A DNA stretch of 64,000 nucleotides from an uncultured Acidimicrobiales bacterium (GTDB lineage Bacteria > Actinomycetota > Acidimicrobiia > Acidimicrobiales > SHLQ01). Below are positions 8,296 to 15,938 of the stretch, piece after piece. The stretch lies in contig CALGZB010000056.1 of NCBI GenBank assembly GCA_937934655.1, forward strand, positions 2,147 to 66,146. Direction: 5' to 3'. The notes below the pieces were generated by a model. That model was not told the DNA's origin and did not search any database. It worked only from the letters and a program-made list of their open reading frames with translations. Position numbers and translations under genes: made by a program. Each line of letters starts with the position of its first letter. The first letter of the stretch is position 1.

Positions 8296-9150
8296 TCAGC
8301 TTTCCGCTGAGTCTCCGGGCTCTTCAAGCGGAAGGTACGGGATGATCTGCGCCAGCAAGATTACGACGTTTGGGTTGCTCGAACGCAACTTCTCGATCAC
8401 CTCGCCAATATCGACGGCGATCTCGGCGGGGGTCAGCGATCCAATAATAAGGTCGTTGGTTCCGATGTGGAGGGCAACGATGTCGGGTGTGTACTCGGCG
8501 AGCCAATCGTTGAGGCCACCGCCGCCTGCAGGGTCCCATTGCGACCCAACGAGGAGTTCGTCGGCGGTCCACCCGGTATGGCCTTCGTGATCGGTGTCGA
8601 ATGTTTCGCCACCCATGGACAGGTCAGAGGCGGCCGCTCGAAGTGGGTAGGAATGTTGACTTCCAACAAGATCGAACTGGTACCCGGCGTCTCGAAGGGA
8701 ACGCCAAAGGATTGTGCGGTAGTGATTGTCGGTGATCGAGTCGCCGAGTAGCAGGACCCGCGGTTCGGGATCGGAATGAGAAGCGAGCACGGGCTTGATC
8801 GCCATCTCCCAGGTCGTAGCGATTTTGGCTTCGCCCGATGGGGTGGGATGCACGCCATCGAAGGTGTCGTCGATCGCGTCGAAGCCATCGAATTGGTTGA
8901 CGATCAGAACCGGAGAGTCGGGCGTGGTGATCGCCGCTCCAAGAGCATCGATCTCCGCGTTGAGCTCAACCAACTGCGGGGGAGCGTCGGTCGACTCCCA
9001 AGTAGGCGTATATGTGGCCGGCTCCCCAGAGCAACCGGCGACGGCGATGGCTGCCCAAAGAGTAGCGACGAGCACCGGCCATACGTCGGTTGTTCGTGAG
9101 GCTCCGGATCGATCCCAGGACCAGGTTGGGGAACGTGGCGCATGCGACAT
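8296..9150 (-). CDS. SGNH/GDSL hydrolase lipoprotein (apparently circularly permuted)
   Basis: Lipobox AVAGC. Block I VLLLGDSITD, DHEGHTGW and block III HIGTNDL lie in the C-terminal two-thirds. The block V-like DGVHPTPSGEAKIATTW lies in the N-terminal third. Confidence 0.75.
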   Translation of the reverse strand: MSHAPRSPTWSWDRSGASRTTDVWPVLVATLWAAIAVAGCSGEPATYTPTWESTDAPPQLVELNAEIDALGAAITTPDSPVLIVNQFDGFDAIDDTFDGVHPTPSGEAKIATTWEMAIKPVLASHSDPEPRVLLLGDSITDNHYRTILWRSLRDAGYQFDLVGSQHSYPLRAAASDLSMGGETFDTDHEGHTGWTADELLVGSQWDPAGGGGLNDWLAEYTPDIVALHIGTNDLIIGSLTPAEIAVDIGEVIEKLRSSNPNVVILLAQIIPYLPLEEPGDSAES

Positions 9151-9269
9151 GTCTCAAGCATGACAGTTGTCGCCGCACGCCTGGATATTTCGTGGCAGAA
9201 GTCACCGGATTCTGATCTGGCGAGCGCTGGTGAAGCGTCTACATTGGACATATACCAGCCCAACGGGTT

Positions 9270-9356
9270 GAGTGCCGAAGACCGAGGTCCCCCTCTCGGT
9301 TCGGCCAGTCACAAGCTCCGCTGCATCCCCCGCAGCGGAGCTTGTCTAATTTTCTG
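9270..9356 (+). ncRNA. Candidate 6C-like small RNA: two hairpins with C-rich loops, the second doubling as an intrinsic terminator
   Basis: Hairpin 1 at 9274-9305: GCCGAA(GA)CCGAG / loop GUCCCCCU / CUCGGUUCGGC. Hairpin 2 at 9311-9345: a perfect 14-bp stem ACAAGCUCCGCUGC / loop AUCCCCC / GCAGCGGAGCUUGU. It is followed by CUAAUUUUCU. It sits in a 385-nt non-coding gap. The 5' end is unknown. Confidence 0.4.
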
Positions 9357-9534
9357 GCGAAAGCGTCGGCGTGCCCACGACCGTTCCCCCTGAAGATGCC
9401 CTGGGCGCGCCGACCTCTTGAGTGTGCCAGAAGAGAATCGATGAGACCTATGTCACGTTGGGAAAGGTCAATTTTTCGAACGTCTTGCGAAGTCGCACCC
9501 AACTGTTCGTGACTTTCTTTTTCATGACGCCACT

Positions 9535-12036
9535 TTGGGCGGTGGCCGAACTAGTTTTCGAACGGTGATTCGTCGCGCATTTCGCAGATTCTTTAATCGG
9601 CTGTACCTGTTCGTCTTCGGTATGGCGCGCCTGGCCATCATTATCCCCCTCGCTGCGGGAGTGTTGGCGATCACGGCAGCCACTCTTGCTCCGCGTGCGG
9701 GCGAGTTGGCCTCGGCCAACTCGTCGACCGCCGCCGAAGTCGATCTCAACAGCCTGGCCTTGCGGTCGGTCGTGTTCGATGCGAGCGGCGGATTGCTTGG
9801 TGAATTGGCCGGCGAAGAAAATCGTGCGCTGGTAACCCTCGACGAAGTTTCCGATGAGCTGGTGCAGTCGATCGTCGGCGTTGAAGACGCAGACTTCTAC
9901 CGACACAACGGTGTCAATGTGAAGGCTGTTGTTCGTGCGCTCATTCAAAACGTCAACTCGGGCAGCATCCAGCAGGGTGGTTCAACCATCACCCAGCAGC
10001 TCATTAAGAACGGCGTCCTAAGCGCCGACCAGGACCTCCTCGATCGCAAGATTCCCGAAGCGGCTCTGGCGATTCGTCTTGAAAGCCAGATGACGAAGGA
10101 CGAGATTCTCGAGCGCTATCTCAACACGGTCTATTTCGGTGGAGGCGCATACGGAATCCGAGCTGCAGCTGAACTCTATTTTGGCGTGCAACCATCTGAG
10201 CTCGACTGGGGTCAGTCGGCATTGTTGGCATCGCTGGTTTCCAAGCCAGTCGGTGGTGACCCCACCTTGTACCCCGATGAGGCACGGCTTCGTCGCGAGC
10301 GTTCGTTGTCTCGCCTGAAGACTCTCGAACTGATCGACGACGTGCAGTACACGCTCTTCAACGCAACACCGCTTCCGACCGAGCGTAAGGCACTGTTCTC
10401 CCTTGATGGCCTGGAAGAGGACTACTTCCTCGAAGAGGTAAAACAGAAGCTCCTCAACGATGAACGACTGGGTGAGACCCGACGGGACCGCATTGAAAAG
10501 GTCTTTGCTGGTGGTCTGCGTATCTACACCACGATCGATCCGGTAGCCCAGGAAATGGCCGAACGGGCTGTTTCCGAAATCGTCCCGACGAACGACCAGG
10601 GTTTCACCGCATCGCTCGCTGGTGTCGAGCCAGGTTCCGGGGCGGTTCGGGCCATGGTTGGCGGTCCCGGTTTCGAAGAGTTCAAGTTCAACATCGCTAC
10701 CCAGAAGGGCCGCCCAACTGGCTCATCGTTTAAGCCGTTCGTGCTCGCGACGGCGATGGAAGCGGGCATGGTTCCAAACGATCAGGTGAGCGGCATCGGC
10801 CCTTGCGTGTTCGATAACCCGGGCGGGTCCGAATACGAAGCCGAGAACTTCGGTAACTCTCGCGGGTCGGTCGACACACTGCGCGGTCAGACCATGCGTT
10901 CGTCGAACTGCGGTTACCTGCGGCTTGGCGAGTTGGTTGGGCTCGACAATGTTGTACAAACGGCCTACAACCTTGGCGTTACCGCCGAGGTCGACGCTGT
11001 TCCGTCACTACCGCTGGGCCCCTACGACATCACGCCACTCGACATGTCGAACTCGTACGCGACGTTCGCGAACGACGGCATTCGTGTTGATACCTATTTC
11101 ATCGACCGAGTCGAAGACAGCTCGGGCGAAGTCATCTTTGCTCATGATTCGGTGGCTACTGAGTTCCGAGCCATCTCAACCCAAAGCGCCCGACTCGTCA
11201 CCCAGGTGCTCGAAGCAAACGTGCGAAGTGGAACGGGAAAGCGGGCTCGTCTTACCGATCAGGCCGCAGCCGGCAAAACCGGAACCGCTCAGGACTTCGG
11301 CGACGCGTGGTTCGTCGGATACACCCCCTGCCTGGCCACCGCAGTCTGGATGGGCGACCCCAGTGCTCGCACACCGATGCGCGGCCTCGGGGGCATCAAC
11401 GTTACCGGTGGTTCGTTCCCGTCGCAGATTTTCCAGCAGTTCAACGAGGGCTATCACTCTCTGATCGAATGCGGCGACTTCGAATCGCCCAACGGCACCC
11501 GCGTCGGGAAACGCATCCTCACCGACAACGAAGAAGATCTACGTGATCGGGCGTTTCGCAGTCCTTGCGGCTCGAGCTCTGCAGAAGTAGACGCCGACGG
11601 CGACGGCAACATCGATTGGTGCCGCGACCAAGGCGGTATGGAGTACCTGGGTAAGTGCCCGCGGCTCTTGGTGCCGAAAGATACCGATGGCGACGGTCGC
11701 CCCGACCGCTGTGTTGCTGCTGGGCCGCCTGCGACAACACCGCCCGCCACCACCGAGCCGCCTGATACCAAGAAGAAGCGGCCGAACAAGACGACGACCA
11801 CGAAGAAGCCGAAGAATCCAAAGAACACGCAGCCTCCAGCTACGCAGCCTCCGGCGACTCAGCCACCAGCGACCCAACCTCCTGCGACGCAGCCTCCGGC
11901 GACGCAGCCTCCTGCCACGCAGCCTCCTGCCACGCAGCCGCCGGCGACTCAGCCACCAGCGACCCAACCACCCGCAACCCAGCCTCCTGCACCGCCGGCG
12001 ACGCAAACTCCAGCGCCAGCTGCAAACGGCGGCTAA
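9535..12036 (+). CDS. Class A penicillin-binding protein (GT51 transglycosylase + transpeptidase), PBP1A-type, with Ca-motif and Pro-rich tail
   Basis: EDADFYRHNGVN and GGSTITQQL (GT51 motifs); SSFKP (SxxK), an SxN region and KTGTAQD (KTG). N-terminal basic tail plus a TM. The TTG start from the track is uncertain. Confidence 0.9.
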   Translation: MGGGRTSFRTVIRRAFRRFFNRLYLFVFGMARLAIIIPLAAGVLAITAATLAPRAGELASANSSTAAEVDLNSLALRSVVFDASGGLLGELAGEENRALVTLDEVSDELVQSIVGVEDADFYRHNGVNVKAVVRALIQNVNSGSIQQGGSTITQQLIKNGVLSADQDLLDRKIPEAALAIRLESQMTKDEILERYLNTVYFGGGAYGIRAAAELYFGVQPSELDWGQSALLASLVSKPVGGDPTLYPDEARLRRERSLSRLKTLELIDDVQYTLFNATPLPTERKALFSLDGLEEDYFLEEVKQKLLNDERLGETRRDRIEKVFAGGLRIYTTIDPVAQEMAERAVSEIVPTNDQGFTASLAGVEPGSGAVRAMVGGPGFEEFKFNIATQKGRPTGSSFKPFVLATAMEAGMVPNDQVSGIGPCVFDNPGGSEYEAENFGNSRGSVDTLRGQTMRSSNCGYLRLGELVGLDNVVQTAYNLGVTAEVDAVPSLPLGPYDITPLDMSNSYATFANDGIRVDTYFIDRVEDSSGEVIFAHDSVATEFRAISTQSARLVTQVLEANVRSGTGKRARLTDQAAAGKTGTAQDFGDAWFVGYTPCLATAVWMGDPSARTPMRGLGGINVTGGSFPSQIFQQFNEGYHSLIECGDFESPNGTRVGKRILTDNEEDLRDRAFRSPCGSSSAEVDADGDGNIDWCRDQGGMEYLGKCPRLLVPKDTDGDGRPDRCVAAGPPATTPPATTEPPDTKKKRPNKTTTTKKPKNPKNTQPPATQPPATQPPATQPPATQPPATQPPATQPPATQPPATQPPATQPPATQPPAPPATQTPAPAANGG
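11830..11979 (+). repeat. 10 tandem 15-bp units encoding QPPAT
   Basis: Read directly: cag cct cca gct acg / cag cct ccg gcg act ... The repeat lies in frame in the PBP tail. A 26-nt sub-block (gcgactcagccaccagcgacccaacc) occurs twice. Confidence 0.95.
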
Positions 12037-12056
12037 CGCCTGCTAGCAATACAGTC

Positions 12057-12773
12057 GTGCATCCACCGTTTGAGCAACTCCTCGAAGTCCAAACCCTCGA
12101 CACCAAGCTGGCCCAACTCACTCATACCCGGACCGAGATCCCGGCACGCGAGCGCGTCGCCGTCCTTACCGCGGAACTCGAGGAGATCGACCGGCAGAAG
12201 GCCGAAATCCAAGCAGAGCGCGATGGGTTCGGGCGGGTGCAGAAACGGCACGAGGATGAAGTCGCGACGCTCGAGGCCAAGCTGACCAAAATCAACGACG
12301 ACCTCTACGGCGGAACCATCACCTCGCCCAAGGAAGCACAGATTCTCCAAGAAGAGATCGCCGCAATCGGACGTCATCGCTCGACCATCGAGGACAAGGT
12401 CATCGAGCAGATGGAACTCTGCGAGCCGCTCGACGCTCAGCTGGAGGAGCTCTCGGCCAAGGCCCAGACTGCGCAGGCAAATCTTGGGGCGGCGGAGGCT
12501 GAACTCGCTCACGACGAGGGTGAGATCGATACCGATATCGATGCCGTCCGCACCGACCGCTCGGTGCAAGCCAGTGGTGTGCCCGAAGATGTTCTTGCCG
12601 CATACGAGCGCGCGCGAGTGGAGTTCGGGTCAAGCGCAGTTGTAGTGCTTCAAGGCACCAACTGCAGCGGCTGTCCGCTGGCGATGCCGGCGATGGAAGT
12701 CGACCGGGCAAAGAAGGCTCCGGCCGATCAAATGTACTCCTGCGAGGAGTGCGGCCGACTTGTGGTTAAGTAG
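12057..12773 (+). CDS. Coiled-coil protein with C-terminal C4 zinc ribbon (COG1579-like)
   Basis: Long heptad-like region, then CSGCPLAMP ... CEECGRLV, which gives two CxxC pairs. Matches the actinobacterial COG1579 family that neighbours a CobC/RNase H-type gene. Confidence 0.7.
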   Translation: MHPPFEQLLEVQTLDTKLAQLTHTRTEIPARERVAVLTAELEEIDRQKAEIQAERDGFGRVQKRHEDEVATLEAKLTKINDDLYGGTITSPKEAQILQEEIAAIGRHRSTIEDKVIEQMELCEPLDAQLEELSAKAQTAQANLGAAEAELAHDEGEIDTDIDAVRTDRSVQASGVPEDVLAAYERARVEFGSSAVVVLQGTNCSGCPLAMPAMEVDRAKKAPADQMYSCEECGRLVVK

Positions 12774-12818
12774 TCCTCGGCCCGCATCTGCCGAGTTCGC
12801 TGACCGAGGTTCGACGTA

Positions 12819-13292
12819 GTGTTTTTTTGGTTCGCCGGAATGGCGATCGTGACAGTCTCTATCGTCTTCGACAGTCCAAGTCTCGACTATCGGCTCATTA
12901 TCGTCGGCGCCGTGCTGCCATCGCTCGAGTCGGCGACCGGTGCACCGTGGTTTCTGCATACCCTCGCAGCGCCAGTGCTGGTTTTTGGCGCGGTAGCGCT
13001 CGCCCTTCAGGGAAAGCGGCTTGCACAACGTCGATGGATCGGGCTGCCAATCGGGCTTTTCTTTCATCTCGTACTCGACGGCACGTGGGCCCGAACGGAA
13101 CTCTTTTGGTGGCCGGCATTCGGCAACGTGCTCGGTGACGGCAGCACGCCCGAGGCATCTCGCGGTTGGTTTTTGCTCGTACTCGAACTCATTGGTATCG
13201 CAGCGCTGGTCTGGGTCTGGAACGCGAACGACCTTGGCGAACCAAACAATCGGCGCCGCTTTCTCACCACCGGCCACCTGCCGAGATCGTAG
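12819..13292 (+). CDS. Small integral membrane protein (possibly YdjM/DUF457-like)
   Basis: GTG start and about 4 hydrophobic segments. No diagnostic motif that I can verify. Confidence 0.45.
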   Translation: MFFWFAGMAIVTVSIVFDSPSLDYRLIIVGAVLPSLESATGAPWFLHTLAAPVLVFGAVALALQGKRLAQRRWIGLPIGLFFHLVLDGTWARTELFWWPAFGNVLGDGSTPEASRGWFLLVLELIGIAALVWVWNANDLGEPNNRRRFLTTGHLPRS

Positions 13293-13301
13293 GAGAACTC
13301 C

Positions 13302-13874
13302 ATGCTTATCGTTGTCCGGCACGGCCGAACCGTGCTGAATGCGCAAGGTCGGCTTCAGGGACGGATCGATGCCGAACTCGATGAGGTCGGACACGAACAG
13401 GCTCGCCGGATCGCGGAGGCGGTTGGGCCGGTTGACCGAGTCGTGAGTAGTCCGCTTCTTCGAGCCCGCCAGACGGCACTGGCGTTTGGTGGCGAGCCCG
13501 AGATTGACGAGCGGTGGATCGAACTCGACTACGGCGAGTTCGACGGAAAGACCTTTGCCGATTTGCCCGACGGCACCTGGGATTCCTGGCGCTCCAACCT
13601 TGATTTCCGGCCACCGGGCGGCGAAACGCTACGCGAGGTGGGGGAGCGCGTGCGCGAAGCCGCCGAAACTCTTGTGCTGGCCGCCTCGAAGGCCAATGTT
13701 GTTGTCGTGACCCACGTATCTCCGATCAAGGCGTCGCTTGCATGGGCGCTTGGCGTTGGCGATGAGGTCACGTGGCGGATGTTTGTCGGGCAGGCCTCGA
13801 TAAGCCGATATGCGGTGGCCGCCACGCCATCTCTGAGGGTCTTTAACGACACCGGGCATCTCGCTGACACCTAG
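13302..13874 (+). CDS. Histidine phosphatase family protein (phosphoglycerate mutase/CobC-like)
   Basis: MLIVVRHGRTVLN (RHG catalytic motif), a later TH motif (VVTHVSPI), and an AGGAG RBS upstream. Confidence 0.85.
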   Translation: MLIVVRHGRTVLNAQGRLQGRIDAELDEVGHEQARRIAEAVGPVDRVVSSPLLRARQTALAFGGEPEIDERWIELDYGEFDGKTFADLPDGTWDSWRSNLDFRPPGGETLREVGERVREAAETLVLAASKANVVVVTHVSPIKASLAWALGVGDEVTWRMFVGQASISRYAVAATPSLRVFNDTGHLADT

Positions 13875-13935
13875 GCGTAGAACGCGACCATATGCCCCTG
13901 AATAGCATTAGAGGGGAGAAACCTGTACCACTGGT

Positions 13936-14724
13936 ATGTGCACGCCATCTTCTTGGTGCATCAATGAGGTACCTGTGAGTTCTTTCTTCGCTTTCCCAGC
14001 GCCGTCTACCCGGACGGGTCATACCTTGCTCGCCGCGATTGTCGCGGGCCTCGTGTCGGTGCTTTTGATGGCATCGGTTCACGTTGACGTCGCAGCAGCT
14101 CAAGATGACGATGAGGCGCAAGCTGACACGCCGGTTACGTTCCTTCAAGGAGTCGGCGACCGAGATCTCGATGTCTACATCAACGGCAAAATCGCGATGC
14201 GCAACGTGTCGTTTGGTTCGTTCTCGGCAGCCATGCTGCTTCCGCAGGGAAAATATCGGATCGATCTTCGCGACGCCGGTTCGAAACGCCGCTCGCCACG
14301 AATCGCCCGAATCTCGCTCCGAATCGTCGATGACCGACCCATAACTTTGGTTTCTTATCAACGCCCCAACGGCAAGATCAAGGTCGCTCAACGGGCGGTG
14401 GACACGACGTGGGTCAACGGCGAAAGCCGTTTGATCGTTCGGCATCTCGCCAGTGCTCCGGTTATCACGATGAGCTACGACGGCGGGCCGGTCTTTCGCG
14501 ATATTAAGCCAGGTCGGTCACGGCGAGCAGTGGTGCCTGCGCTCCCCTTTGACATCAAAATCACGACCGACGTTGATGGCGTGGCCGTTCCGGTCCTCGA
14601 TCCGGTTCGAGTTTCGCTGGTGAAGAACACGGTGACAGTCGTGTACGTCGTGGGCGACTTCGACGCAGGAACCGCTCGAGCGGTTTTTCACGCCTATCGC
14701 ACTCCGGAAACCCAGAACGGCTAG
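13936..14724 (+). CDS. Secreted DUF4397-like protein
   Basis: Signal-like hydrophobic N-terminus. LDVYINGKIAMRNVSFGSFS ... LPQGKYRIDLRDAGS, with a second similar half, resembles DUF4397 repeats. Start uncertain. Confidence 0.5.
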   Translation: MCTPSSWCINEVPVSSFFAFPAPSTRTGHTLLAAIVAGLVSVLLMASVHVDVAAAQDDDEAQADTPVTFLQGVGDRDLDVYINGKIAMRNVSFGSFSAAMLLPQGKYRIDLRDAGSKRRSPRIARISLRIVDDRPITLVSYQRPNGKIKVAQRAVDTTWVNGESRLIVRHLASAPVITMSYDGGPVFRDIKPGRSRRAVVPALPFDIKITTDVDGVAVPVLDPVRVSLVKNTVTVVYVVGDFDAGTARAVFHAYRTPETQNG

Positions 14725-14726
14725 TG

Positions 14727-15869
14727 CTACGGCTTTGGGTTTAATGGGCAACGAAGTGTTTCGCCGCCGCTAGCGAGTCGTTTGACCGCCGTCGGTTGTC
14801 CAGCAACGAGCAGTGTGCATCGGATGGTCTCGTGACCGTCAGCCACCAAGGTGATGCCTGAGACCTGTTGCAGCGTGAAGCTGTCGATTTCTGACGAGGC
14901 GTTGAGAAGAACCGTGGCGGTTCCACCAGTCGTAAAAGCGAGCCGTGCTTCGACTGCTCGGTCAGCATCGATGACGAGGATACGGCCGTCGTCTTGGGCT
15001 GCGATTTCGACTCGGCCAGCCACGTTCGTTGTCGGAAGTGGCGTCGCCGGGGGCCGCGCGACGCCTGCGATTGCGAGCACCCCCAGAGCGATACCCGCGC
15101 TGGCGAGGCTAGCGACGACGAAGCCGGGCTCGAACGAGAGTTTCCGTCGCACGGACTCTCGGGGCTGGAGGGAGGAGTCGATAGTGGCCTCGAGACCAGC
15201 GGAGGCTCGTCGGTCCGAGGTGAGGTTGTAGGGAAGTTTGGTGGATGCGTCGAATGTTGCACGCTTGAGCAGCGTGCGGTTGACGATGGTGTTGCGAAGG
15301 TCAGCACCGCACAGGTTCGCGCCCGACATGTCGGCGTCGCGCAGGTCTGCCCCCGACATGTTGGCGCCCCGCAGGTCGGTGTCGATGAGGATGGCATGGT
15401 TGAAGTTGGCGTCGCCGAGGTCGGCGCCGCGAAGACTGGCTTGGCTGAGGTCTGCCAGTTCGAAGCGCGCCGCATTCAACTTGCTCTTCGCAAAGTCAGC
15501 GCCAACACAAGACGCTCTCGTAAGGTCGGCGGCGATCAGGGTTGCTCCTGCGAACGCGCTCCGATCGAGAGTTCGCGACCGGAGGACGATGTTGGTGAGG
15601 TCCTGTTCTCGAAAGTCCTGGTCGTGAAGGACCGTTCGCAATTGCACGTCGTTGATTCGTCGAAGCCGTTCGAACCGATCGTGCTTTTCGGTTGATCGAC
15701 TGAGAAGAACAAAACCGATTGCGGCGGCCACGAGCACGGCGATGGTGACTGGATGGTCGAGTCGGCTTGGAGAAAGAGCGACGTAGACGGCAGAAGCGAC
15801 GGTGGTTCCGAGGCACGCTGCTGCACCGACGTATCGAGCACGCCTTGCGGTTTGGTCGTTCTGAGCCAT
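14727..15869 (-). CDS. Membrane-anchored pentapeptide-repeat protein
   Basis: Internal ATG (MAQNDQ). Two N-terminal TMs, then about 130 aa of A(D/N)LxX pentapeptide repeats (ADLTRASCVGADFAKSKLNAARFELADLSQASLRGADLGDANF...), a third TM and a beta-rich C-terminal domain. Confidence 0.75.
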   Translation of the reverse strand: MAQNDQTARRARYVGAAACLGTTVASAVYVALSPSRLDHPVTIAVLVAAAIGFVLLSRSTEKHDRFERLRRINDVQLRTVLHDQDFREQDLTNIVLRSRTLDRSAFAGATLIAADLTRASCVGADFAKSKLNAARFELADLSQASLRGADLGDANFNHAILIDTDLRGANMSGADLRDADMSGANLCGADLRNTIVNRTLLKRATFDASTKLPYNLTSDRRASAGLEATIDSSLQPRESVRRKLSFEPGFVVASLASAGIALGVLAIAGVARPPATPLPTTNVAGRVEIAAQDDGRILVIDADRAVEARLAFTTGGTATVLLNASSEIDSFTLQQVSGITLVADGHETIRCTLLVAGQPTAVKRLASGGETLRCPLNPKP

Positions 15870-15938
15870 ACGAACCAATCGGCACGTTGGACGACGCAAT
15901 AAGTCAGGTCGGACCTCAAAGAGACCGATTCTCCTTTC

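Noticed and set aside
11830-11979. Regular 15-bp DNA periodicity that superficially looks like a repeat array.
   Set aside because: The units are contiguous with no spacers, lie in frame, and encode QPPAT within the PBP1A tail. This is a coding tandem repeat, not a CRISPR array or satellite.
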